From contig JAPPFD010000002.1 in assembly GCA_028823995.1 (NCBI GenBank), forward strand, positions 53,654 through 117,653: DNA of 64,000 nucleotides, given 5' to 3'. The DNA is from a bacterium. Lineage in GTDB: Bacteria; Actinomycetota; Acidimicrobiia; Spongiisociales; ZC4RG35. This document shows positions 36,252-45,609 of the stretch, in pieces. Positions within the stretch are counted from its first letter, which is position 1. Every line of letters begins with the position of its first letter. The position numbers and the translations under genes were made by a program. The notes below the pieces were generated by a model, which had not been told where the DNA came from, searched no databases, and saw only the letters and a program-made list of their open reading frames with translations.

Positions 36252-37090
36252 GCCTGCTGCCCAAGAAGCCGGATCCTTTGGCGGCTACATTCGATCAACC
36301 CAAGCCGATCATCGGCGTCATACATCTCCCTCCCCTTCCCGGGGCGCCCCGGTACGACGGCCAACCGGTGGAGGAGATCTACGCGGCGGGAGTGGCGGAC
36401 GCGGTGGCCATGTCGGAAGCGGGGATCGATGGGATCATCGTCGAGAACGCCTTCGACCTTCCCTTCTCCCGGCCCGAGGCGATCGGCGCCGAGACGGTGG
36501 CTGCCTTGACCGCGGCCGGTCTGCGGGTCCGCGACGCGGTGGATCTCCCGATCGGGATCACCTGCGTCGCCAACGGGGTGATACCCGCCCTGGCCATCGC
36601 CAAGGCGGTGGGCGCCCGGTTCGTGCGAGCCAACCAGTGGGCCAACGCCTATGTGGCCAACGAGGGGATCATCAACGGCCCAGCCGGCGAGGCCCTTCGC
36701 TACCGGTCGGCGATCGGAGCCCGGGAGGTACAGATCTATGCCGACGTCCACGTCAAGTTCGGCGCCCATGCCATCACCGCGGACCGCTCGGTGACAGAGC
36801 AGGCCCGCGACGCCGAGTTCTTCGACGCGGACGTGCTGATCGGGAGCGGACAGCGCACCGGGTCTCCCACCGAGGCGGGCGAGATCCGCGCCATCCAAGC
36901 CGGCACCTCGCTTCCGGTGCTGGTGGGAAGCGGCATGGACGTGGACAACGCGGCGGAACTGCTGTCTGTGGCGGACGGCGCGATCGTGGGGAGCTCAATC
37001 AAATACGGAGGCACCTGGTGGAATCCGGTCGACCCCTCCATCGCCAGAAGGCTGATGAAGGTCGTGCGGAGCGTAAGAAACGGAAAATGA
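36248..37090 (+). CDS. BtpA/SgcQ-family TIM-barrel protein
   Basis: ATGA overlap with the kinase gene. BtpA-like motifs (IIGVIHLPPLPGAP, IIVENAFDLPF, VLVGSGMD). Confidence 0.65.
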   Translation: MSLLPKKPDPLAATFDQPKPIIGVIHLPPLPGAPRYDGQPVEEIYAAGVADAVAMSEAGIDGIIVENAFDLPFSRPEAIGAETVAALTAAGLRVRDAVDLPIGITCVANGVIPALAIAKAVGARFVRANQWANAYVANEGIINGPAGEALRYRSAIGAREVQIYADVHVKFGAHAITADRSVTEQARDAEFFDADVLIGSGQRTGSPTEAGEIRAIQAGTSLPVLVGSGMDVDNAAELLSVADGAIVGSSIKYGGTWWNPVDPSIARRLMKVVRSVRNGK

Positions 37091-37112
37091 AAGCAACATC
37101 TAGGAGGACAAA

Positions 37113-38681
37113 GTGAAGCATCACCTGCGGTTGTGGACCGCACTGTTTGCCATCCTGGCTCTGGTGGCCGCATCCTGTGGCGACGCCGAAGACGAGGCCG
37201 AGGTCGCCGAGCCGACCACCACGGCGGCGGCTCCCGAGCCGGAGCCGGAACCCGAGATGGCCGATCCCGGCACCCCCGGGAACATCCCCGACCCGGGCAC
37301 CGCGGCCGGACGCTTCGACGGAGTCGAGGTCGTGGTGGCAGGCCCGGCAGGCCAGCTCGAATACATGAAGGACAAGGCAGCCGAATGGGCGACCGAGACC
37401 GGCGCCACCGTCCGGGTCGACGAGATTCCCTTCGGAGAACTCAACGACAAGGTCCTGGCGGCGCTCTCCACCGACACCTTCATCGCCGACGTGATCAACA
37501 TCGGTTCGAACCTGGGTGGCGACCTGATGGGCGGCGGATTCATGGCCGCCGCGCCCGAGTGGGCCCAACAGCGGGCCGATTGGGAAGGCATCCTTCCGAT
37601 CTTCCGTTCGAACCAGTTGTCGTTCGGCGGGGTTGCCTACGGAATGCCCTGGGACGGCGACGTCCTGATGTACTACTGGCGCGCCGACGCCTTCGAGGCC
37701 AACGCCGACGCCTACGAGGCGGCCACCGGCAACGCCCTCCGTCCGGCCGAGTCGTGGAGCGAGTACGCAGAAATCGCCAAGTTCTTCACCGAGAACGACT
37801 GGTCCGGCCAGGACGAGGGTTACGGCCTGGTGGAGTTGCCGATGCGCAACAACCAGGGTTGGAACGGCTTCATGACCCGCGCCGCGGGATACGCCAAGGC
37901 GCCCAACGACCCCGGCTTCTTCTTCGATCCCGAGACCATGGAGCCCCGGATCAACAATCCGGGCTTCGTGCGGGCTCTCGAGGACTGGGGAGCCGTGATC
38001 GAGTACGGTCCCCCGGGAATGCTCAACTTCGGTTGGATCGAGAACGCCCTCAGCTTCGTGGGCGGCCTGGCGGCACAGGACATCCAGTGGGGAGACATCG
38101 GCCCGATGTCCAAGTCTCCCGACTCGGTCGTCGAGGGAGCGGTCGGATACGGCCCCGCCCCCGGCGCGGATGAGTACTGGGACCCGGTTGCCGAAGAGTG
38201 GGCTTCCGGTGACGGACCCAACAAGGCGCCGTTCCTAGGCTTTGGTGGATGGTTCAACCTGGTTCCCGCCACATCCAACCACCTGGCGGCCGCCTTTGAC
38301 CTGGCCTCCTTCCTGGGCAGCCCGGCTGTCCTGGCCGAGGCGGCTGTGACCGCCGGAACCGGCGTCAACCCCGGGACCGCCGCCACGCTCGATGTGGACC
38401 TGTGGGTGAGTGCGGGATGGCCCGAGGACGAGGCGAAGGCCTACACCGACGCCATCCGGGCGTCGCTCGATCACCCCAATGCGGTGTTCGACATGCGCCT
38501 GCCCGGCTTCCCCGAATACAAGGACGCATTGGAACTGGCAGTGTCTGAGGCTCTGTCCGGTCAGCACAGCGCCCAAGAGGCACTGGATGAGGCCGCGGAC
38601 AAGTGGAATGAGATCACCGACCGTCTGGGTCGTGACGAACAACTCCGCATTTACCGCGAGGCCCTGGGGCTTACCGGCTGA
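37113..38681 (+). CDS. Sugar ABC transporter substrate-binding lipoprotein (family-1 extracellular solute-binding protein)
   Basis: Signal peptide plus lipobox (LALVAASCG), a Pro/Glu/Thr-rich linker and an SBP fold. 522 aa. Confidence 0.75.
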   Translation: MKHHLRLWTALFAILALVAASCGDAEDEAEVAEPTTTAAAPEPEPEPEMADPGTPGNIPDPGTAAGRFDGVEVVVAGPAGQLEYMKDKAAEWATETGATVRVDEIPFGELNDKVLAALSTDTFIADVINIGSNLGGDLMGGGFMAAAPEWAQQRADWEGILPIFRSNQLSFGGVAYGMPWDGDVLMYYWRADAFEANADAYEAATGNALRPAESWSEYAEIAKFFTENDWSGQDEGYGLVELPMRNNQGWNGFMTRAAGYAKAPNDPGFFFDPETMEPRINNPGFVRALEDWGAVIEYGPPGMLNFGWIENALSFVGGLAAQDIQWGDIGPMSKSPDSVVEGAVGYGPAPGADEYWDPVAEEWASGDGPNKAPFLGFGGWFNLVPATSNHLAAAFDLASFLGSPAVLAEAAVTAGTGVNPGTAATLDVDLWVSAGWPEDEAKAYTDAIRASLDHPNAVFDMRLPGFPEYKDALELAVSEALSGQHSAQEALDEAADKWNEITDRLGRDEQLRIYREALGLTG

Positions 38682-38776
38682 CATCTAAAGCAGCGCGCGC
38701 ACCGGTCCGTCCCGGCAGGTCGCTGGGACGGACCGGGCTTGCGCCGCGCTGGTTCATCTCGCCCGCCACCACCGCG

Positions 38777-39601
38777 GTGCTGGCCCTCAGCATTTTTCCG
38801 CTGGTTTTCTCGCTGGGCCTCACCTTCACCAACGTCAATCTCTTCCGGCGGGTGCCGCTTCGCTTCGTCGGCCTGGAGAACTGGGCGCGCATCTTCTCGG
38901 ACGAGGCTCTCCTGGAGACGCTGGTCAACACCGTCATCTTCGTGGGCGGCGGCGTGGCGATCCAGTACTCGTTGGGCCTGGCGCTGGCGGTGGCGCTCAA
39001 CCGGGGCCTTCGGGAACAGCGCCTGATGCGCGTCCTGTTCCTGCTCCCGATGATGGTGAGCCCCATCGCGGTGGGCTTCATCATCGGGCGGATGGTGTTC
39101 AGCGAGGGCTTCGGGCCGATCAACGACATGCTTGGGGCCCTGGGCCTTCCGGCCGTGGCCTGGGTCACCTCGCCGGGCGTGGCCAAGTTGACCATCATCC
39201 TGGTGGACACCTGGCAGTGGACGCCCCTGATGATGCTGTTGATCCTGGTCGGTCTGCAGGGCATACCCGGTGAGCCGATCCAGGCGGCCCGGGTGGACGG
39301 CGCCTCGGAGTGGCAGATCTTCCGCCACATCGTCTTCCCACTCCTGCTGCCGGTCAGCATCACCGCCATCCTGATCCGCGCCCTGGAGGCGTTCAAGATC
39401 ATCGACATCATCCGGGTGGTGACCGGCGGCGGCCCGGGACGCGCCACCGAGTCGGTGACCGCGTATGTCTACAACGTCGGCGCCAAGCAGGGTGACCTGG
39501 CGTACGCGGCGTCGGCAGCCTATGTCCTGCTGTTCGTGGTCATCGGGGTCAGCTTCCTTGCGCTGTATGTCATGCGCCGGGTGCAGGCGAGGTACGAATG
39601 A
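38777..39601 (+). CDS. Sugar ABC transporter permease (MalF/UgpA-type). The N-terminus probably extends upstream of the annotated GTG.
   Basis: EAA loop and 6 TM helices. The in-frame upstream translation (...LGRTGLAPRWFISPATTAV) looks like the canonical N-terminal cytoplasmic and TM1 region. It has no ATG/GTG/TTG back to the SBP stop; a CTG sits at about 38678. Confidence 0.7.
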   Translation: MLALSIFPLVFSLGLTFTNVNLFRRVPLRFVGLENWARIFSDEALLETLVNTVIFVGGGVAIQYSLGLALAVALNRGLREQRLMRVLFLLPMMVSPIAVGFIIGRMVFSEGFGPINDMLGALGLPAVAWVTSPGVAKLTIILVDTWQWTPLMMLLILVGLQGIPGEPIQAARVDGASEWQIFRHIVFPLLLPVSITAILIRALEAFKIIDIIRVVTGGGPGRATESVTAYVYNVGAKQGDLAYAASAAYVLLFVVIGVSFLALYVMRRVQARYE

Positions 39602-40434
39602 AGGGTCGACTGATCACCCGTGCGTTCCTGGTGGCGGCGGCCTTCGTCACCCTCTTTCCCATCTACTGGATCGTGATCACCTCCTTCAAAACCCAACTCG
39701 ACATCGTGGTGAACCCCACCTACCTGCCTTGGGTCGACTTCATGCCCACCCTGGAGGGCTGGCGGTGGTTGCTGACCGAGGCGCGGGGGGACGTGATCCG
39801 AGCCATCACCAACAGCTTGATCGTGTCGGGGGGCAGTGCGGTGATCGCCACCATGCTGGGCGCCGCGGCGGGGTACGGCCTCACCCGCTTTCAGTACCGC
39901 TGGCGGTTCTGGCGCAACGAGGACATCGCCTTCTGGTTCATCTCCCAGCGGATGCTTCCGCCCGTCGCCATCGTGCTGGCCTTCCTTCTGATGTTCCGAT
40001 GGCTCAGCCTGCTGGACACCCAGGTGGGCCTGACCATCGCCTACACCGGGTTCGCCATCCCCTTCACCGTGTGGATCATGCGCGACGCCTTCGCGCAGGT
40101 GCCGTTGGAGTTGGAGGAGAGCGCGGGGGTGGACGGCGCATCGGCCGCCGGCATCTTCTTTCGCATCTCCCTCCCGCTAGCGCTCCCGGGGGTGGTCGGG
40201 TCGATGCTGTTCGCCTTCGTCTTCGCCTGGAACGAGTACCTCTTCGCACTGATGCTCACCTTCCAGGAAGCCACCACGGTGCCCCTGCTCCTGGCGTCGC
40301 GCATCACCTCGTTCGGGACGCATTGGGACCAGCTGTCCGCGCTCACTCTCACCAACTTGATTCCGGCCGCGATTCTGGGGATCATGCTGGAGAGGTTTTT
40401 AATCAGGAACAGAACGGAAGGATCCCTCAAATGA
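39598..40434 (+). CDS. Sugar ABC transporter permease (MalG/UgpE-type)
   Basis: ATGA overlap with the upstream permease. EAA loop (ESAGVDGASAAGIFFRISLP). Confidence 0.75.
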   Translation: MKGRLITRAFLVAAAFVTLFPIYWIVITSFKTQLDIVVNPTYLPWVDFMPTLEGWRWLLTEARGDVIRAITNSLIVSGGSAVIATMLGAAAGYGLTRFQYRWRFWRNEDIAFWFISQRMLPPVAIVLAFLLMFRWLSLLDTQVGLTIAYTGFAIPFTVWIMRDAFAQVPLELEESAGVDGASAAGIFFRISLPLALPGVVGSMLFAFVFAWNEYLFALMLTFQEATTVPLLLASRITSFGTHWDQLSALTLTNLIPAAILGIMLERFLIRNRTEGSLK

Positions 40435-41087
40435 CCACAGGCGTCACCTTCATCACCGAAGCACTACGGCTTCCGGGCGCGATTGCCGAGTTGTCGCGGA
40501 CACTGCGGAGTCTCGGCGACGCCGGCTGGCTGCTGGATCCCCAGCACATCGCCGGCCGGCGGGAGACCGGCGCGCCCACCGTCTACTGGTCCGAGCCCTT
40601 CGGAGACACCGCCGCGTTCGGCCTGTTCGAAGCGCCGGGTCTCGAGGAGGCGCACCGGGGAATCAGCGAGTTGGTGAAAGCTGGCTGGGGGTGGATGTTC
40701 GGACGGACCCAGTGGATCGTGGGGCCCCGCGACCTTCCCCCGTCGCTGGGTGAAGGACCGTTCGAGCAGGGTCTGGGGTTCCTGGCGCTGTGGGATTGGA
40801 ACGACGCCTGGCACAGCGCAACGCCCGAGGAGCGGGCCGTTTACGACCGCGACTGCGATGTGGCGTTCGCATACGACGTGGAGTTGGGGATCGACATTTT
40901 CGGCCGCTTCGACACCGCCGGGACCTCGGACTGGGACCATGCGGCGTTGTGGGAGGTGCCGGACCTTCCGACCCTCACCGAAGCCATGCACGGACACGAG
41001 ATCCAGGACGACTTCATGTTCACCACGTCTTACCATCTCATCGGGCGCCCTATCGCCTTCGACCGATTGGAGGAACAGCTCCAGTGA
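40431..41087 (+). CDS. Hypothetical protein (218 aa), translationally coupled to the sugar ABC permease genes
   Basis: ATG overlapping the permease stop (ATGA). No confident family; it may consist of two small alpha+beta domains. Confidence 0.4.
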   Translation: MTTGVTFITEALRLPGAIAELSRTLRSLGDAGWLLDPQHIAGRRETGAPTVYWSEPFGDTAAFGLFEAPGLEEAHRGISELVKAGWGWMFGRTQWIVGPRDLPPSLGEGPFEQGLGFLALWDWNDAWHSATPEERAVYDRDCDVAFAYDVELGIDIFGRFDTAGTSDWDHAALWEVPDLPTLTEAMHGHEIQDDFMFTTSYHLIGRPIAFDRLEEQLQ

Positions 41088-41401
41088 TCACATGGATACA
41101 CACCTACCGCCCGCGGCCCGACTGGTACGAGGCCACCAGGCAAGCCCGGGACCGGTTGCTCGCCGGCTGGGACGGCGCAGCTTCGGTCTCGATCGAATCC
41201 GGCGCCACCCGGGTGGGTCCGCTGTCGATCCGCGGCCAGTCCCGCCAGGAGCACCTGGAGATCTGGACCTTCACCGACCTAGAGGAACTCGAGAACCACT
41301 GGACCCGGCTCCGGAAGCTTGGCTACGCCGATTGGCGGGAGTCCGAGAACACCGTCGCCACCGAGATCGTCGAGAGCAGGCTCACCGGACCGGCACACTG
41401 A
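41084..41401 (+). CDS. Hypothetical small protein (105 aa)
   Basis: GTG start overlapping the upstream stop (GTGA), with GGAGG about 10 nt upstream. No confident family. Confidence 0.4.
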   Translation: MITWIHTYRPRPDWYEATRQARDRLLAGWDGAASVSIESGATRVGPLSIRGQSRQEHLEIWTFTDLEELENHWTRLRKLGYADWRESENTVATEIVESRLTGPAH

Positions 41402-41464
41402 GGGTCCGGGTCCCTAAGTTGCCCTGAGTCCCCGGCGTCGAAACCGACGGGCGCCGTGGTCCAG

Positions 41465-41794
41465 TTAGCCCGTTTGTGCAGCAGGAACCTTGGCAAGCCG
41501 CTCGGAAATGCGGTCCTGGGTGGTCTCAAGATCGTATTGGCTCTGCAATCCCATCCAGAACCCCGGAGAATTACCGAAGAAGCGAGCCAGCAGCAAAGCG
41601 GTCTCGGCTGTAATGGCCCGGTCACCATGGACGATGGAGTGAATCCGCCTGGCGTCCACTCCGATAGCTTTGGCCAGCCGGTACTGAGTGATTTTCATGG
41701 GAACGAGGAACTCCTCGTTCAGGATTTCACCCGGGTGGATCGGGGGTAGTTTCGACTCGGTGGTCATCTGGGCCTCGACTTCAGTGGTAGTCAA
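41465..41794 (-). CDS. higA: HigA-family antitoxin (XRE-type HTH)
   Basis: PIHPGEILNEEFLVPMKITQYRLAKAIGVDARRIHSIVHGDRAITAETALLLARFFGNSPGFWMGLQSQYDL is a near-textbook HigA sequence. Start may be the second ATG (41767). Confidence 0.75.
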   Translation of the reverse strand: MTTTEVEAQMTTESKLPPIHPGEILNEEFLVPMKITQYRLAKAIGVDARRIHSIVHGDRAITAETALLLARFFGNSPGFWMGLQSQYDLETTQDRISERLAKVPAAQTG

Positions 41795-42086
41795 CTATCT
41801 CGACTTGGTAGGCGTTGCCGTCGCTCCATAGGAAGCAGATCCGCCATTGATCGTTGATGCGGATGCTGTGCTGTCCGGCACGATCTCCCGACAGAGCTTT
41901 CAGCCGGTTCCCCGGCGGAATCCGAAGGTCCTCGAGATTCATGGCATTGTTCAGGATCATCAGTTTTCTCTGTGCTCGCCTCTGGATGTCCTCAGGCAGT
42001 TTCCGGACGCGACGACGCTCGGCGACCGCCTGGGTGTCTCTGTTCCGGTAGCTCCGGATCACAGCACTCGAATAATAGCGCGCCAC
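41781..42086 (-). CDS. higB: HigB-family toxin (RelE/ParE superfamily; plasmid-maintenance-system killer protein)
   Basis: VIRSYRNRDTQAVAERRRVRKLPEDIQRRAQRKLMILNNAMNLEDLRIPPGNRLKALSGDRAGQHSIRINDQWRICFLW matches HigB. Sits upstream of higA in the same orientation. Alternative GTG start at 42062 gives the canonical 94 aa. Confidence 0.7.
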   Translation of the reverse strand: MARYYSSAVIRSYRNRDTQAVAERRRVRKLPEDIQRRAQRKLMILNNAMNLEDLRIPPGNRLKALSGDRAGQHSIRINDQWRICFLWSDGNAYQVEIVDYH

Positions 42087-42328
42087 ACTATTAGTGGCAA
42101 GTACAAATGCCTATGCCTTGGTGAATTCTCCAAAAGATAGCCGAAGGATGGGCGGCGGGTTCGCCAGCCCTACGGAAAGGGTGGCAGGCTCAGCCGGGAG
42201 CCCTTACCCGGTATCCCCGGGGTGGTGGTTGCCCCATGACAGGTAACCATCCGCATGCCAGACACCGGATGCATTACCCCCTGATGGCCAGGAACAACTC
42301 GGCCGGTTCCGGTAAGTACCATCGAGAC

Positions 42329-43330
42329 ATGTCCGAGGGCAGCTTCGGGGTGATTCTGCCGAGCAACCACATCAGGGAAGCGATTCCATTGGCCAAGTGG
42401 GCGGATGCCGAGTCCGTCGACTCGCTCTGGACCATCGAAACCCGGCTGACAGGAGATGCGATCACCCCACTCTCGGTGTACGCAGCCAATACGGCCCGTA
42501 TCCGCGTGGGTACCGCCGGAATCCCCATCTGGACGCGGAATCCCGCGTTGATCGCTCAGACATTCGCGACACTTCATGCGCTGGCGCCCGGGCGATTGGT
42601 GCTCGGTCTGAGCGCCTGGTGGGACCCGTTGGCGACTCGCGTGGGTCTCAGCCTCCACAAGCCCGTTAAGGCCATGCACGAGGTCATCGAATCGATCCGG
42701 CTTCTTCTTACTGCAGAGGGTCCGGTGAGTTACGCCGGCGAATTCGTCCGGCTACGGGATGTTCTGCTGGAGAACCGGGGTGAAGATACGCACAAGATCC
42801 GAATCTACGTAGGCGCCGTGGGCCCTCAGCTTCTGCGTTTGGCCACCCGCGTGGCGGATGGCATCGTATTGAACGGCGGTCACACCGTGGCCGTAATCCG
42901 CCGCGAGGTTGAGGTGATCCGCGAGGAGGCGATGAAGGTGGGCCGCCCCTTTGACGAGATTGAGATTCTCAAGATGATGCGGATCCGTGTCGATGACAAC
43001 AAGCAGCGGGCGATTGCAGGGCACAAGCCGGATGTTGCACGCTACATAGCCGAACAAGCCCACATCGCCCGGTCATCTGAAGCCGATCCCGAGCTTGTAA
43101 CCCGTCTGAGATCGATGATGTCCTGGCCTTCATCCGAGAGCGAGGCCGTCAGGGCTGCTGGCCTGATCCCAGATAGTCTCGTCGAAAGCCTCGGGTGTTA
43201 CGGTGACCCCCAAGAGGTGCGCGAGAGACTCCGGGAGTACATGGCGGCTGGTATCACGAAGCCTCTGCTCCTACCCGATAACATCACGTACATGCGCCGA
43301 GCGGTAGACCTGATGCTGGAAGGCTGGTGA
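42329..43330 (+). CDS. Luciferase-like (LLM-class) flavin/F420-dependent oxidoreductase
   Basis: ATG at 42329 (MSEGSFGVILPS) in ORF 42236..43330. LLM TIM-barrel pattern. Paralog of the gene at 47387. Confidence 0.7.
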   Translation: MSEGSFGVILPSNHIREAIPLAKWADAESVDSLWTIETRLTGDAITPLSVYAANTARIRVGTAGIPIWTRNPALIAQTFATLHALAPGRLVLGLSAWWDPLATRVGLSLHKPVKAMHEVIESIRLLLTAEGPVSYAGEFVRLRDVLLENRGEDTHKIRIYVGAVGPQLLRLATRVADGIVLNGGHTVAVIRREVEVIREEAMKVGRPFDEIEILKMMRIRVDDNKQRAIAGHKPDVARYIAEQAHIARSSEADPELVTRLRSMMSWPSSESEAVRAAGLIPDSLVESLGCYGDPQEVRERLREYMAAGITKPLLLPDNITYMRRAVDLMLEGW

Positions 43331-43412
43331 CTTGACGCCTCCATGCTGTACACCGCGCCGGAAGAGCATGGCCGACTAGCCATCCACGGACGCCGTAGCG
43401 AAGGGTGACGCT

Positions 43413-44369
43413 GTGCTTGAAGTCACCAACCTCAAGGTCCACTTCACAACGAGGCAGGGAACCGGGCGAGCTGTCGACGGTGTCTCCTTCCATTTGGACC
43501 GAGGCGAGACGTTGGGGTTGGTGGGCGAGTCGGGATGCGGAAAGAGCATCACCGCCCTCTCGATCATCGGGCTGCATCCGAGGCCTGCCTCGAGGATTGT
43601 CGGCGGTGAGATAGAACTGGACGGGGAGTCCATTCTCACGCTTTCGAAGCGGGAGATGCGAAAGGTCCGAGGAGAACGAATCTCCATGATTCTCCAGGAT
43701 CCCCTGACGTCGCTGAATCCGGTTCTCACCATTGGCAAGCAGGTGGGCGAGCCGTTGCGACTCCACCGCAACATGGACAAGGCGGCGTCGCGGAATCGGG
43801 TGATCGAGTTGCTCCGTCAGTTGCACATCCCCGAGCCTGAGTCGAAGCTCGGTGATCACCCCCACCAGTTCAGCGGCGGGATGCGTCAGAGAGTGGTGGG
43901 GGCGATCTCGCTGGCCGCAGACCCTGATCTGCTCATAGCGGACGAACCAACCACCGCGCTGGACGTTACGATCCAGGCTGCCTTTCTCGCTCACCTGAAA
44001 GCAGTCCAGAGAGCGCGGGGTCTGGCGATTCTGTTCATCACTCATGACTTCAGCATCATCGCCAAGATGTGCGACAGGGTGGCTGTCATGTACGCAGGAA
44101 AGATCGTTGAGACCGGACCCACCGCTGAACTGCTCTCTGATCCGAAACACCCTTACACCCAAGCGCTCCTTGAATCCGTTCCGTCAGTCGACCGGGGCAC
44201 GGAGCGGCTCCACTCCATCGGGGGGAGTCCACCGTCGATCTACGACCTGCCGAAGGGATGCACGTTCGAACCGCGATGCCCACACGCCATGGACCGCTGC
44301 CGAGAGTCCTATCCCCTGCGGTTCGAGGTCGCCGACGATCACTCAGCGAGTTGTTGGTTGCTGGAATGA
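43413..44369 (+). CDS. Peptide/nickel-type ABC transporter ATP-binding protein (DppD/OppD-like)
   Basis: Walker A GESGCGKS, signature FSGGMRQRV, Walker B LLIADEPTTALD, C-terminal oligopeptide-ATPase extension. Confidence 0.8.
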   Translation: MLEVTNLKVHFTTRQGTGRAVDGVSFHLDRGETLGLVGESGCGKSITALSIIGLHPRPASRIVGGEIELDGESILTLSKREMRKVRGERISMILQDPLTSLNPVLTIGKQVGEPLRLHRNMDKAASRNRVIELLRQLHIPEPESKLGDHPHQFSGGMRQRVVGAISLAADPDLLIADEPTTALDVTIQAAFLAHLKAVQRARGLAILFITHDFSIIAKMCDRVAVMYAGKIVETGPTAELLSDPKHPYTQALLESVPSVDRGTERLHSIGGSPPSIYDLPKGCTFEPRCPHAMDRCRESYPLRFEVADDHSASCWLLE

Positions 44370-45385
44370 GCCGCCCCGATCCCATCATCGGCGTCAGAGA
44401 CCTGAAGAAACACTTCCCGGTCGGCGGTGGGACTCTGTTGCCGGGACGGGGGAGGAAGCTCCTTCATGCTGTGGATGGTGTGACCTTCAACCTCCATGCA
44501 CGAGAGACCTTGAGCCTGGTTGGCGAATCCGGTTCGGGAAAGACGACCACTGCTCGCATGATCCTCCGGCTCATAACCCCCACGTCCGGCCGTGTCGTCT
44601 TCGAGGGGGAAGACGTGGCGAACTTACGTGGCGCCGGGCTGAAGCACTTTCGGGCATCGGTTCAGGCGGTGTTCCAGGACCCTTGGAGTTCTCTCAATCC
44701 CCGCAAGCGCGCTGAATCGATCATCGCCGAGCCCATGGTCATCAACCAACCGCTGCCGAAGGAGGAGCTTCGGGCTCGTGTCGAGGAGCTTCTTGCTGCA
44801 GTGGGGCTCGGTCCCGCCGTCATGAGGCATTACCCGCACGAGTTCAGCGGTGGAATGCGTCAGCGCATTGCGGTTGCCCGGGCACTGGCGCTCAATCCAT
44901 CCGTCATCATCCTCGACGAGCCCGTCTCAGCACTTGACGTCTCTATCCGGGCTCAGATCATGAATCTCCTTCGTGATCTCCAAGAGACCTTTCATATTTC
45001 ATATCTACTCATCGCTCACGACCTGGCGACCGTCCGCTATCTGAGCGACAGGGTGGCTGTGATGTATCTCGGAAGACTGGTGGAGGTGGCGCCTTCGGAA
45101 GAGCTGTTCGAGAACCCGCTGCATCCCTATACCCAGGCGCTCATTGCCGGCTCACGATCGACCACAATGGTGGATGAAGAAGCAGCACGTCTTCTGGCTT
45201 CCGACATCCCGTCGCCCGTCAAGCCCCCTTCCGGTTGTGCCTTCTATGCGCGCTGTCCGGTCTCGGTGGCAGCAAAGAGCGACGACCCGACCTTCTATGA
45301 AAGGACCGTGACCGAGAGACCGGGGCTCATCGAAGTCCGGCCTGGTCACCTGGTCGCCTGTCATCAATTCGATCCCAAGGATTGA
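44366..45385 (+). CDS. Peptide/nickel-type ABC transporter ATP-binding protein (DppF/OppF-like)
   Basis: ATGA overlap. Walker A GESGSGKTT, FSGGMRQRIAVARAL, IILDEPVSALD. Confidence 0.8.
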   Translation: MSRPDPIIGVRDLKKHFPVGGGTLLPGRGRKLLHAVDGVTFNLHARETLSLVGESGSGKTTTARMILRLITPTSGRVVFEGEDVANLRGAGLKHFRASVQAVFQDPWSSLNPRKRAESIIAEPMVINQPLPKEELRARVEELLAAVGLGPAVMRHYPHEFSGGMRQRIAVARALALNPSVIILDEPVSALDVSIRAQIMNLLRDLQETFHISYLLIAHDLATVRYLSDRVAVMYLGRLVEVAPSEELFENPLHPYTQALIAGSRSTTMVDEEAARLLASDIPSPVKPPSGCAFYARCPVSVAAKSDDPTFYERTVTERPGLIEVRPGHLVACHQFDPKD

Positions 45386-45609
45386 GAGGACAGTCCGGCG
45401 ATTCGGTTGCGCAAGCTCGCCAACCGCCGAGTCCGTTCACTCCTTTACGCCACCAGACTCAACTGGGACGTCCCAGCATCGGTATTCCTCAGTGAGTCCG
45501 ATGAGTCTTCAAACACCGATTATGGAAAATATGTTGCATCTTCCAAGGCTGGCATCCGATTGTTGCGTTAGGGTTTCTGATAGCCCAATCCCGATTTGGA
45601 GATTTCATA

